From contig NW_015172008.1 of the NCBI RefSeq assembly GCF_001447785.1, forward strand, positions 124,001-188,000: a stretch of DNA of 64,000 nt. The letters are read 5' to 3'. Positions within the stretch are counted from its first letter, which is position 1. Each line of letters starts with the position of its first letter. The translations under genes were made by a program, and so were the position numbers. Positions 1 through 12,337 of this stretch are shown here, piece by piece. This DNA is from Gekko japonicus (Eukaryota). The notes beneath the pieces are model-generated. The model did not search any database. It was not told where the DNA came from and saw nothing but the letters and a program-made list of their open reading frames with translations.

Positions 1-914
1 CTAACTTTATATATGCCTTGAAACTATAAAGGAAAGGCTAGAAACATTTAAATAAACAAATCACATTCTTTGATTCACTCTGGTGAGTAGAGCAATCCAT
101 CATTGTCGGTGTTGTTAGGTTTTATATATTTATTTGTTTAGTAAGCTGTTAATTCCAAACTTGTAGGCTTTACTTCTTATTTTAACATGCTGGTCAAAGA
201 AAAAAAAAAGATTGGGAGCATACAATGTTGCGTTTCTGAGTGTAGTTATTTTGCATATAAGATGTTGGTGAGGTATTTGCTAGAGTCTGAAAAGTTGCTT
301 CTCTTCAAGTATGTTCCTGCCTCCACTGGCAAAACACAGTCTGAAAGCCTTTACGAAACATCAGTGATCTCTCTTCCGCCTCTCTAATTATAGGGGAAGA
401 TACTGTACAAAAGCTGTTGATGGTTTTTTCTCTGAATGACACCTGCAAACCTGATGACTGTTAGAAGGTCCATTGTGTTTTCCTGTTCAATGAAGAGGAA
501 AATGGAGTAGGAAAATATCCCTCTTCTGAATGTAACAAATACTTGAGACAGAATGACATCTTTCTTGTTTTTTAAAGCCCAAACTCTACTGGGATAATAG
601 GAGGCTTTTCTTACTGCCTAGCTGCCTTTGTTCTCTTAAAATAATGCTTTTCTCGGTGTATAGTATCCATAAAACTACAGAGCTGTGTTTTAAAGAAACA
701 AAACATCATTAAGGGTCAGGTGGTTAGTGTATTTTCTTAGCCCATTTGGTCAAAGGTAGGTTTCTGTGATCAGGAGTCTTATATGGAAGGGATGCAAAAG
801 ACTGCCTTCATTCGTTTTGTTCTTCATCTGCATCCTTTCAGCCTTCCATCCTAGGATACTGCCTCTAGGGCTGCCCATGTTTAGAACTCTGGGTCAGAAA
901 CTGCTTGTAGCTAA

Positions 915-1083
915 ACTAGACCTGAGTCCAGCAACATCTTAGAGACCAACAAGATTGTCAGAACTTAAGCTTTCGAGAGTCAAAACTCCCTTTGTCAGAT
1001 ACCGAAAACCTTGGTCTCTAAGGGGCTCACTGGACTCAAATGTTGCTCTTCTATTGCAGACCAACACAGGTACTCTCCTGAAA
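915..1083 (-). mobile_element. Penelope-like inverted-repeat remnant carrying a degenerate hammerhead-like motif
   Basis: Inverted arms GAGTCCAG..TTAGAGACCAA (924-949) and TTGGTCTCTAA..CTGGACTC (1011-1037). The minus strand reads CTGACAA-AGGGAG-TTTTGA-CTCT-CGAAA-GCTTA. Family assignment is from recall. Confidence 0.55.
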
Positions 1084-1169
1084 TTGCTTCTAGGTAGCTG
1101 ACAGTGCAGTCGGAAACAAAACTACCCTCATTCTAAGCCCACTGACTTTAATGGAATTAAGAAGATCGT

Positions 1170-1453
1170 GGGCGATTTTGCACTAGAGCTGCCTCGCGGC
1201 ACAGCCGCCATTTGCCCCGACACAAATATGTCAATTTCACACCCGAAGCTGCGGGGCTGCATTTTGACTCGCAGCTTCGCCCGATTTCCTCCGCAGTTTT
1301 GTGATCCTGGTTTTTGACGATTACGAAACTGCGGAGGAAATCGGGCAAAGCCGCGGGTCAAATGCAGCCCCGCAGCCTCGGGTGTGAAATTGACAAATAG
1401 TGTCAGCGCAAAAGGCGCCTGCGCCGCGAGGCAGCTCTAGTGCGAAATCGCCC
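1170..1453. mobile_element. Palindromic MITE, PIF/Harbinger-like
   Basis: Ends are GGGCGATTTTGCACTAGAGCTGCCTCGCGGC and GCCGCGAGGCAGCTCTAGTGCGAAATCGCCC. The two halves are complementary along the whole length. 3-bp flanks CGT/TGT. Confidence 0.85.
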
Positions 1454-4400
1454 TGTGACACAGTTTAGCATTGAAATGTTAGGTGTTTATACTCTCTCTT
1501 TTTTAAAGCCTCTAAATTGTGAGAACTTTTGCCTCTTTCCCCCCTAACCCTGTTAGCTACCATTGTTTTCCCTCACTGATGCTGCTTTGGAACCCTTCTC
1601 ATTACTCTGGTGTTTTCTTTCAGGGAAAGTGATCCTTTTGCTCCCCATACAACTCCATTGCCCCAAATGCTTTTCAGGTTATGTCAGTGCTTATTTTATG
1701 GACAGAGAGGTGCTTGGGGTTTGCATCTATGTGGGAGATGAGCCATCTCTTAAGTCACTCTTCTTCTGTTTAAGGAGGAGGAGTGGCTGCTGTTGCTTTC
1801 TGGTAAGGGGAAAGCACTTTGCCTGTGTGCACAGGTAGTCTTACTTCTGCTTAAGAATTTTGTGTTGTGGATACACAGTGATTTTCAGCTAGTCACTTAT
1901 TTCTGTATCCCGTCATTCCTTAGCTGTAAAATGGAACCAATATTGTCTAAATAGTATAAATGCAGTATATAATGTGTGTGTGTATTTTGATTGCCACATT
2001 GCTTATGTCATCTGGAGATTACTCTCTTATGTGCAGGCTTAGTTTCTGCTTATAGCACGGCCAGGTTATGATGACAGTCTTCTCCCATGATCCTACCCAC
2101 TCACGCCCTGCCCTGTTATCATCTGTTAAAGGGTATAAGTGCCCCCACAGCAGTGGGGACGTCCGATTCTCTCCTCTCCTGCTGGTCACGTCTGTGATAA
2201 GATCCCTCACCCTCCACTGACCAGACAATGGGAGGCTGAGTTTGGAACAGAAAGTGTGCCAGGTATGGATTCTCTTCCTATCCCGCTGATGGAGCCCCCC
2301 CCCCCCCTTTTTTCTTTTTTTTTACCTTTTTCAGATTTCCAATCTGCTGGCCAATGGTAGTGGGAAGGGTGGGAATCTTGAAGATGGAAGCACAATCCAC
2401 TATAATTCTTTAGTCACCACCCCTGCATATTCCTTTCTTCCCTGCGCTCCTGCATGGTGAAGGTGACACCGCCTGCATCACTGGGCAGCCTGCTCAGCTT
2501 CACTGGTGGTCATCTTTAGTAGTGGCAACTTCTCCCAGTGACCACCACTAGCTGTCTTCTTGCCCACCAGGCTTCTTCTGTCCCCATAAGCAACCACGGC
2601 CACTGCTTACCACTTCCCCTGACTGCCCAGGCAAGATCTTTTGGGGTGGCTAGGTGGCTCCCCAAATGGCTGAGATTTCATGAAACAGCATCACAGGATC
2701 TTGAGTTTTCTTTAAGTTAAACAATGTTGGGAGTTTTTAAAATCCTCCTCACCATTTTCTTTATTTATCAGATTTTCCTGCAAACCTGGAGATGCTCCCA
2801 GGTTTGTCTATTCCTGGAGATGCTCTGTCTATTCATGAACCGGTTTTGTGGATTTTTGATCCAGAGCCACATTCAGAATTGGGGATGAAGATGTCCATTG
2901 GGAGAGCCCAGCACTGAAAGCCTTGTAGTGAAGCAAAAAGAGGCTGTATTATGAGGTTTAATCTGTGAATCACTGCAGGACTAGATTGTCCCCTCACAAC
3001 ATGTTTGCATGTTGTGACCTCACAACTTCTCCAGTCATGCAAAAACCAAAGTAGGAGATGAAGCCATCCCATCATCAGTGAGAGATCCTAGGCCAGGTTC
3101 ATACATGCAGGGAAATAAGATTTATTTTATTTTATTGGATTTTTATCCTGCCCACCCTGCATAGCGGGCTCATGGCTGGTTCCATCAAATATGGCAGAGA
3201 CTTAAGATATTTAGATGGACCACACCACTTCAGTTTGCAGGTGGAGGATTGTGTTTCGGAAGGCTTACCTGTGTTAGAAACTCCCTGCAAATTCAAACAC
3301 AAAACCAAACATACAAAAAACAGAACCAACACAGCTAGGAACAGCACCATCTGTGCTAGTCAGTTTATATAGAATATTCTGTATGAATGACCATTCACAA
3401 CTAGAATCAACCACCTGTCATCTCAAGTGGGTACAGTCAGTTCTGCCATCCCGGGGCACTGCTACTTCATTCTCCTGTGTGTGTGAACCAGGGCAAAGAG
3501 TCATGTCAGTAATTCAGGTGCTCCACTGAATCGTGGTTCCCAGAGAATAATACCAATTTTTCTAGCAGATTCCCAACTCGGCAGTCCTCTGCCTAAGAAA
3601 AGATGGATGACTTGACTTGGATGCTCACTTTGAGCCAGAGTCTCAAGATAGCAAATGAAATGGGAGGAGGTCAAAGGAGGCACCTTTTAAGATACCTGAA
3701 GGCAAGATACTGTATCAACCGAAGAGGTGTGGTTCCCAGCAGGCACTGGTTATACCTGCTGGGTGAACTGGGAATGTTAACACATAGCACAAAAAAGGCT
3801 GCAGTCTCTCTGGAGGGGGGGAGGGATCAAGAAGGAGCCCACAAGTTCCCTCTGAGCAGCCTGAGATGCACCTTTGAGATTCTAGCCAACTTAAATTCAG
3901 TAAAAATGCCTGAATTATATCTTTCCATTTGTACCCTTATTTCTTTCCATTTTTCACACACCTGCAACTTAGTATAATCAAAACAGCCAGACCTAAAAAT
4001 GGTAACTCTAGCCATATTTTCTTCTAAAATGCTTGCGGTAAGCATTAGCAGTCTGAAATCTTGTTGCACTGAGGTTTATCAGTTGCTGGAGAGGTTTTTC
4101 AATTGCAAATCCCATTTTGCTATTAATATATGAATTGCTTTTTGACTTAAAGGTTGATGGAGGCAATAACAAAGAGGACTGTCTCTTCGCATGGACTCCC
4201 CAGGCCAGTTTTTTGCAGTAATTTACCTTTGGTTTTCTCTGAACGCAGTGCTTGCTTTTCATTCACTTTGCAAACACAGGCAGATTTTTAAAAAGGTGTT
4301 TCTATAGGGCACAGCTTTCTATCTTGTTAATGTGCAGGAGAGACAGCACAGCATTGCATCTGATGAGTTGTCTGCTGTAATAAATATTTCTTAAAATAGA

Positions 4401-4576
4401 GCTGTTAAGAGAAGGTGCACATATTTACTGCTGTGGAGAAGACTGGAAGTTAAGTTATTGAGATCTTCAGTGCTAAATATTGTTGATGCAAATCTAGGGG
4501 TGGGTGACGGGTTTGTTTGGGACTGCTGTACTACTTAGAGCATATTCCTTGTGCTTAACTGCACATAAGACTTTAA

Positions 4577-4882
4577 GAAAAGAAGAAGAGGAAGAGGAGG
4601 AGGAGGAGGAGGAGATTGGATTTATACCCCACCCTTCACTACCTAAAGGAGTTTCAGAGCGGCTTACAAACTCCCTTCCCTTTTCCTCCCCACAACAGAC
4701 ACACTGTGAGGTAGGTGGGGCTGAGAGAACTCTGACAGAAACTGCTCTTTTTCGAAAACAGCTGTGCCAGAATTATGGCTTGCCCAAGGTCATCCAGTAG
4801 GTGCAAGTGGAGGAGTGGGGAATCAAACCCGGTTCTCGCAGATTAGAGTCCACGCACTTAACCAGTACACCAAACTGGCTCT
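4577..4882 (-). mobile_element. tRNA-derived SINE (Squam3-like)
   Basis: Minus strand has A box TGGTGTACTGG, B box GGTTTGATTCC and a (CTT/CCT)n tail. Homologous copies occur elsewhere in the window. Confidence 0.85.
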
Positions 4883-6418
4883 GCTGGATCAGACCAGTGG
4901 TCCTTTTAGACCAGCATCCTGTCTTACCAGGTAGCCAACCAGTTACTCTGGAGGGCCAACAATAGGGCATAGATGGTGCTTCATGGTAGTGGTATTCAGA
5001 GGTTTGTGGCCTCTGAATATGGAGATTTCCATTAGCTACTGTGGCTAATAGCCACTGATAGGCCATGAATCGGTCTAATCCCCTTTTAAGCTGTCTATGT
5101 CTGTGTCCATCACTACATCTTCTGAAAGTGAATTCCATATTTTAATCATGTATAGAGAGGTATTTCCTTTTGTCCATCCTGAGTCTACTACCCATCAACT
5201 TCATTGAATGCCCTCAGGTTCTTGGACTTTGGGAGAGGGAGGGGAAAGTTCTCTCTGTCTACTCTCTCTCTCTCTCTCTCTGCCCTTTGTACAACTTTAT
5301 AAACCTTTATCATGCGCCCCCCCCCCTTGTCCTTTATCTAAACTGAAAAGTCTCTTCAGCCTTTTCTCATAGGGAATGTGTTCCACCCTCCTAATCATCT
5401 TGATTGCCCTCTTCTGTACTTTTTCCAACTTTGCAATGACCTTTTTGAAATACTTTGACCAGAACTGCATACATTATTCCAAAAGAGGCTGCACCGTAGA
5501 TATCTCTACAGGGGCATTCTAATATTGGCTGCCTAATTTTCAGCCCCTTTCCTAATAATCGTCAGCATAGAGTTTGTCTTTTTCACCGCTGCAGCACAGT
5601 GGGTTGACATTTTCATTGAGCACCACAACCCCAAGGTATCTTTCCCTCTCAGTCACGCAAAGTCATTAGCATGTACTTAAAATTTGGTCTTTTTGTTCCA
5701 TTGTATGTCACCTTACACTTAGCAACATTCAGTCTCATTTGCCACATTGTTGCCCACTCATCACCCAATTTGTGGAGATCCTCCTGGAGCTCTTCACTGT
5801 CAGCCTTGGTTTCCACCATCCTGAATAATTTTGTGTCAACTGCAAACTTGGCCATTGCACTGCTTACCCCCTAGTTCCAGATCATTTGTGAACACATTGA
5901 ATAGCATCAGCCCCAGTACTAAGCTTGTGGGACCCCCAGTGCTTACTTTCCACTATTGCGAGAACTGTCCTATTATTCCTACTCCATAAAAGGACCATCC
6001 TCTTATTCCTTGACTGCTAAGCTTACTTGGGAATCTTCTGTGAGGTACCTTGTCAAAAGCCTTTTGAAAGTCCAAGGATATAATGTGTCTTCTAATTTGC
6101 CTGGGACGGGCGTTAGGCAAACTGGCATGTAATTCCTGGTTCCCCTCTGGACCTCTTTTTAAAAAATCAATGTGACATTTGTTACTCTCCAGTCTTCTGG
6201 TACAGTGGTTGATTTTAGTGATAAATTACATATATGGGTTAGTACACCTGGAGACTACTAGTTTTTAGTTCCCCAGTAGGTCTAGATCGTTATCTCTCAT
6301 CACCTCAATTTGTTCCAGTTCTTGGTAGTTTCTTCCTGAAAATAGTGGCTGTGGTGTGGGTACATGTCCTGCGCTTTCTGTAATGAACATAGAAGCAAAG
6401 AATTCATTTATCTTCTGT
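4883..6418 (-). mobile_element. CR1 LINE, 5'-truncated and decayed
   Basis: RT fragment AKFAVDTKLFRMVETKADSEELQEDLHKLG..WQMRLNVAKCKV (5649-5855), followed by a CR1-type 3' region. Confidence 0.9.
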
Positions 6419-7464
6419 AGGTTTCTGTCAGTGCGCACCACTGGTTATCTTTTCTCTCTCTGATGTGGTATGTTGTTGAGTGGGAGTGGTATGTTGTTGA
6501 GTGGGAGCAACTTTATCAGGGAGCAGTTTTATTAAGCAATTATGAATTATGTCTTACAAAAGTCACCCATACTTATTTTTATTTTATTTATTCATTTGAC
6601 TTCTATCCCGCCCTCCAGCCGAAGCAACTCAGGGTGGCTTACATACAATTATCCCCTCATTTGTTCTGTTAATTTGACACAATACCCTCCTGGTAAAGTT
6701 TTATGAAATAAATTCTCACTGATCGCCTGGGTTGCCTTAGTCAAACATGTGGTGCTTGTTTTCTCCACACAGTCATGTACATTGTGGCAAACTGTCAAAA
6801 GTGATTTGTGATATGGCATGCAGGCCATAGAAACCAGCAATAGTACCTGGTGTGTGAAACTAACTTGGATCCAGGCATAGCTTTCCCATAAGACCAGAAT
6901 GGTGCTTAAAACTAGCATCTGATGATGTCTGATACAAGTTCATATCCAGTGGATACCTTAAATAGTCCATGTTGGAGATTTGAATATTAACTGGGTTTCC
7001 ATTTAATAATTTAATTATAGATACAGATACGCACAATACTACGGTGGTAGAATTTGTGTATAGTCGGCTGCATTGTAAATCATCCTATTTCCTTTTGGGG
7101 TCATCTGTTGTGGTATTGCTTTTGTTTTTGTTACCTTGGCAATTTCTTATAACTTGCTGATAATAGTTTTTTCTTTCTTAAAACTTGTTTTTCTCACTCG
7201 GAGCATTGGGGACCCACTGAGTATGCTCGTGCATGATGCATCTTCAGCTCAGGTTTCCTGTAGGGATTTGTTTGAATAACATTTAAGTGCAATAAAATGA
7301 CANNNNNNNNNNNNNNNNNNNNNNNNNNNNNNNNNNNNNNNNNNAAAGTATCTTCTTTGTGCTTGTGCTGGTGAAATTTGACAAAATCATAAACGAAAAT
7401 GGATTCATTTGTTATCTGTAAAATAGCTGCAGGGTTAGAGTACAGTAGGATAAACTTTCTCTTC

Positions 7465-7643
7465 GCTTCTTTTTGTAGCAGGAACTCCTTTGCATATTAT
7501 GTGACATACCCCTAATGTAGCCAGTCCTCCAAGAGCTTACAGAGCTCTTCTTACAGGGGCTACTGTAAGCTCCTGGAGGGTTGGCTACATTAGGGGTGTG
7601 TTGCCTAATATGCAAAGGAGTTCCTGCTACAAAAAGAGCCCTG
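7465..7643. mobile_element. Palindromic MITE, hAT-like
   Basis: TTTTTGTAGCAGGAACTCCTTTGCATATTA is mirrored by TAATATGCAAAGGAGTTCCTGCTACAAAAA. Right end is CCCTG. Confidence 0.75.
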
Positions 7644-7676
7644 CGTAGCTATGAACATGCTCTGCTACCTCTGGAG

Positions 7677-7883
7677 CACTGTTCCCTCTAAGCTGAGTTA
7701 GTGTGAGCTAGCTCACAGTTTTTTAGCTTCCGGCTCACACATTTTTGTCTTCGCTCAGGAAGGGATGGCTCTGGAGCAAACTAATTGATGCAGCAGCCAA
7801 ATCACTTGCTCACAACTTTAATGCCAGGAGCTCACAAAGTAGAATTTTTGCTCACAAGACTCCACAGCTTAGAGGGAACATTG
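7677..7883. mobile_element. hAT-like MITE (CAGTGTTCCCTCTAAGCTG TIR family)
   Basis: TIRs CACTGTTCCCTCTAAGCTG / CAGCTTAGAGGGAACATTG. Sister copies at 30903 and 41532. Confidence 0.8.
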
Positions 7884-8149
7884 CGAGATAAGGAACTTAT
7901 TAATTATGCTTCTGAAATTTCAGGCCTCCTTGCCTTAAAAACCCACTGAAGTGTGTGAGTTCTTAGGGTCGGATAATCTGTCCACTGGAAACCAGAATGA
8001 GGGCTGTACAACGTCTAGCTCATGATCCCTAGAGTGTCTCTGTTCCAGTTGAAATTCAATGAGACCTGCCAGTTTCCGACACCTTAATTCTCTAGCTTGT
8101 CTCATCATGTTCAACTAGTTTCCTCCCCCTCCCCCCCTTTTTTTTACAG

Positions 8150-8298
8150 GAGATGTCGTCTGATACCCCTGGAACTCTTACCGGTGCTGAAGAAAGAAAG
8201 GAAAAAGTTCCAAGCCCACATCTCAGTCATCTCGTCGTTCTAACGTCTCCCAGCTCTCTGTACGGCCTGGCAGAGAGAGTGGTGGCCACAGAATCCTT
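8150..8298 (+). CDS. VPS50: VPS50/syndetin coding exon (6th from last)
   Basis: Polypyrimidine tract+TACAG acceptor and GTGAGT donor; 149 nt. Encodes [49 protein letters not shown](L). Confidence 0.95.
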
Positions 8299-9560
8299 GT
8301 GAGTTAAAGCTTGTAAACCAGGTCTCTCTCCATGTATTGAAAGGTGTTGGGGGATTGGTTAATAAATGCCTGCTAAATAGTTTTGAATAGATTTACACTG
8401 AGTAGGTTTACTGTACTGATAAGTCTTCTACCTATTGTGCCCCATATGCAACGAAGTTCCACTGTCACCTGTGCATTGAAAAGCTTTCTTATAGTCGTGC
8501 TTAAGGGGTAATATTTGCCCCAAATAGTTACGTTTTTGCATCAACCAGGGTTTGTTTGGCAGGAAGAGGAGTTGGAACTTCACATGATTTAATCGTTATC
8601 AAGATTAACACTGTGTTATTTCTAAATGAGAGAAGACACAAACACCAGGATACAGTTACTTTTTTTTTTTTACTTACATGATGATAAGCAACAGAATAAA
8701 GTACAAAATGAAGTGAAGTCCCCAAGTTTCCTGGCAAAATGCAAGTCCTTAAAATACCAGCAGTCTTGCCCGGAGAGGGAAAAAGTAAAAAACCCCGAAA
8801 GAGCCACTCTGCTGCACCATACCTGCAGATACACAGCTGTGGCTAATGGCTCTGAGCACCTGCAAAGAAGAAAAACACAAAAGACGCACCTGCTGAGTTA
8901 ACCTGAGATTCATAGGCTTCTTGCTGATGCTTCAGTCTTGGATGCATTTCTAGGGCTCTTGGGTCCCTCTAACCTAGAAGTGTCCTAAGGGAAAAGAGCA
9001 AAACTAGCAGAAACTCCCAGAGTCTGAGAAAAGTGTGTGAACATGTAGCCGTCCTTTGCGGCAGCATTTAGATAAGAGAAATACACTTTAATGTTATTGC
9101 CGGTCTTGAACGATGGGTAATACCCTCATGTGGTTCTTCCACAGCAGGCCATGTGGCCTTCTGTACTGCTCTGCTGGTGCTCACGTTGCCAGCTGTTGCC
9201 TTTCTTTTTAAAAAATTGTCCTGGTTTTATAAAGTCTTCCCTTCAATACAGGGTTGCATAGATTTGTGTAGGTGTGTGTTTGTGCAAAATTGGTGATCTT
9301 ATAATTCAGAAATAATCAGATAATACCTCTGTAACAAAGGCAACACTCTGGTCCCACCGGGAGGTTTCCCAGCATGTGTTTGTGTTCCTTTCAATAATAT
9401 AATTAGTAACCGGGAGTTCTTGGGCACTGGGTTTACAGGATGCAATATTGATACAAATATGTACTAAAAGGGCTTAAACTGTTTTTTTCAGTCTTTCTTT
9501 GGCTTGTCAGCCGCATGAGATTGTACCCAATGACAATGGATTTTCTGTGTTGTTCCTCAG

Positions 9561-9657
9561 AGTATTTTTAGCTGAGCAGTTTGAGTTCCTTCAGCCTCAT
9601 CTCGATACTGTAATGCCTCCGGCCAAGAAACCTTTTCTTCAGCAGTTCTACTCTCAG
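9561..9657 (+). CDS. VPS50: VPS50 coding exon (5th from last)
   Basis: CTCAG acceptor and GTCAGG donor; 97 nt, phase-compatible. Encodes [32 protein letters not shown]. Confidence 0.96.
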
Positions 9658-9801
9658 GTCAGGATTCTGTGTGAAATCCCCAGTTTTACTTCCAAAGCTT
9701 AGGAATTGTTCACTTTCCTGTACAGCTTGATAATATCTTGTGCAGTTTTTTCATGGCATCATGTAGATTAAAACAAATAAATTTTCTTTTACCTCTTCCA
9801 G

Positions 9802-9960
9802 ACTGTATCAACAGCCAATGAGTTGCGTAAACCTATTTACTGGATTGTAGCTGCTAAAGCAATTGATTATGAACAGATGCTACACCTTATGGCCAACGTG
9901 AAATGGGATGTGAAGGAAATCATGTCCCAGCACAATATTTATGTAGATTCACTTTTAAAG
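9802..9960 (+). CDS. VPS50: VPS50 coding exon (4th from last)
   Basis: TTCCAG acceptor and GTAAAT donor; 159 nt. Encodes [53 protein letters not shown]. Confidence 0.96.
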
Positions 9961-9995
9961 GTAAATATGTTTCCCCCCCCTGCAGTGCTTACAAC

Positions 9996-10083
9996 AGTGT
10001 AGTTCTATGCAATGTTAGATTAGCCTAAACCAGTTGAAATCAATAGATTTAGTCTGGAGTAATTCTACATAAGACTGCACTGA
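9996..10083. repeat. Short decayed palindromic interspersed repeat (~90 bp hairpin)
   Basis: CAGTGTAGTTCTATGCAA..TTGAAATCAA..TCTACATAAGACTGCACTG. Related copies at about 1102-1485 and 61981-62028. Confidence 0.6.
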
Positions 10084-11030
10084 AAATGAGCTGCGTTTTT
10101 TCCTCTCTTCTGCTTGGTGCTGTTTTTTCGTTAGGCCCGATAGAGGCAGGAAAAATATACCTGTTTGGTTTATCCATTATTAAATCTAAAAGTTTAGCAA
10201 CAGTTTAACAGGAGAATAAATGAATAAATGAGGTATCAAAGATAGTAGTTTGATTTCTGAGTGACAGGTTAGCAATGAGTGCTGAAAAAGTGACTCTTTT
10301 TCATAAGAATCTGTTTCAGATTGTGAGTTGGACTTTCTATTGTACAGTGGCATATTTAGAGTCTGGCACTCTTTGAAATCTGAAAAATGTATCATATGAA
10401 ACACTGCACATAGAAAAAAGAGCCAGATGTAATTTGATAAATAGTCAACTTTGCCAAGATCTGGTCAGATTGACCTTGAGTAATAATGTAGTATAATTTC
10501 CTTCATTTTATTTTCCATTTTCTTATGTGTTTCTGTGGTCTTGTAAAGAACACCAGAGTTCCTAGACTACATTACAAATGTTAACCCTATGAGGTTTTTT
10601 ATTTTCATTAAATTTCCAAGACGTTGCACTGATGTGTGCATTACTTATGTCAAATCTACAAATTACTGTATTTGACGGTTTTATCTGCTACAGTGTTGGC
10701 CATGACTCCAGGCTAATGCTTCCTATTTTAATGCTTAACTAAGCCTAAGGTCTCCGTGTTGAAACAGACACACTGTAGTGTAAGCAGTGTATGTGTGTGT
10801 TCCCATGTGCATGCATGTGCACAGTTGTGAACATCATAAAAACTTGGGATGAGCATATCCCACTGATAATTCGGTAATAATATAAATTTACTAGGTGAGA
10901 TGAAATCAACATACTTGTGGCAGATATATTTCTTACTTTTGCTTTATGTACTTTCTTCACAGTTATGCTTCTCATTACTAGGTAGATGCGTTAGGCAGCA
11001 CTGACTAATATACATTTTATACATTACTAG

Positions 11031-11152
11031 GAATTTGAACACTTCAACAGGAGGCTGAATGAAGTATCTAGAAAAGTCCGTATTCCGTTGCCAGTGTCAA
11101 ATATTCTATGGGAGCACTGTATACGACTAGCCAATCGAACTCTTGTAGAAGG
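11031..11152 (+). CDS. VPS50: VPS50 coding exon (3rd from last)
   Basis: CTAG acceptor and GTAGGG donor; 122 nt. Encodes [40 protein letters not shown](G). Confidence 0.96.
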
Positions 11153-11779
11153 GTAGGGGCACCAATCTCTTTTTTCAAAGATAAAGCACACCTTGTTGCA
11201 TATGATCCATTCCTGCTCTTTCCTTGTAATACCATAAAGTATAGATTATGTGGTCCAATTGGTTAGGACCAGTCAGATTACTGTAGCCTGTTCTTCCCCA
11301 CAAGGTCAGTGGTTCTGTCCACAACCTATAAAAATGATGGTGTGTATGTCTGTAGACTGTTGAGCATCTGACACATGGGGGGTGGAATCCTTGAACTGAG
11401 CCTTAACATGTAACTGTTGCATATGTGTAAGGATATTGCTTTATTAGTGAAAGCCCTTTCCTCGTAATTTTGCTGTGGAGGAACAGCTGCAACAGCACTT
11501 CAGGCTGCTTCCTGTATCAGCACACAGCTTTTTGTCCACAAGGGAGTATTTAATAGCATTTTAGAATGTTTGGATGCATTCCAGCTTCATTTCCCCGATG
11601 CCCATTCAAAAGTTAGATTATCCCTGTTCCAAATGGATTGCAGTCAGTGTAGATGACATGGGAAATCAGGATCGCCCTTTAATAAAAGAGAACCTTCAAA
11701 ATAGCTCTTTTAGAGGGAAGGGATTACAGCACCAGGGAGAGGAGTGGTCATGGTCCTCTCTCTCCATGTCTGGTTTGAT

Positions 11780-12337
11780 TTGTCGAGTAATATATAAAAA
11801 GGCCCCCCTCTCTACAAAATTCAATGGCACAGTATCTTTACAATTTGACAATTCCTCTTCATCACAGAGTTTTTATGTTAGCTAGGTTTAATTTATTTCC
11901 TTCAGCTGTTTTGACATGTAGATACAAGGGTACCCCCTATAAGGATAGAGTTTGCACCTGCCTCTATAATGAACCGGATTCAGTACAACATATCCTTCTT
12001 TGTTGCCCTCATTATTCATTCCTACGCCATCACCTGATTTGCCCTCTCTTGTCTGCTGCAAAGATTGTTGACAATGAGTTTAACTTCTTACTTTCTGATA
12101 AATCCCCTGAAATCACTGCATCAGTAGCCGAGTTCCTCTCATTTGTATGGAAACTAAGGGCAAGAGTTTTTAACACTTAGTTTTTTAATGTACAGTTTTA
12201 CTCTGGGATATGTTTTTCTGAATTGATTGTTTTGACCATTTTCCCCTCTACTACTGTGGTATAAATCCCTGCTTTATCTTATTTTTATCTTCCTGTGATA
12301 TCATGCTATGCCAATAAAGATTGATGATGATGATGAT
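11780..12337 (+). mobile_element. LINE 3' end (RTE-X-like) with CCHC knuckle
   Basis: FMLARFNLFPSAVL..RVCTC..DSVQHILLCCPHY, ending in AATAAA and a (GAT)n tail. Confidence 0.75.

Noticed and set aside
4504-4800. ORF with a poly-Glu tract
   Set aside because: It is the translation of a SINE (GAA/GAG)n tail.
6464-6507. 21-bp direct repeat as a CRISPR-like or regulatory array
   Set aside because: It is a simple two-copy tandem duplication with no spacers, in eukaryotic DNA.
1-8149. Additional upstream VPS50 exons
   Set aside because: No VPS50-like peptide with splice sites was found, so this is treated as one long intron. The small gap at 7303-7344 is unreadable.
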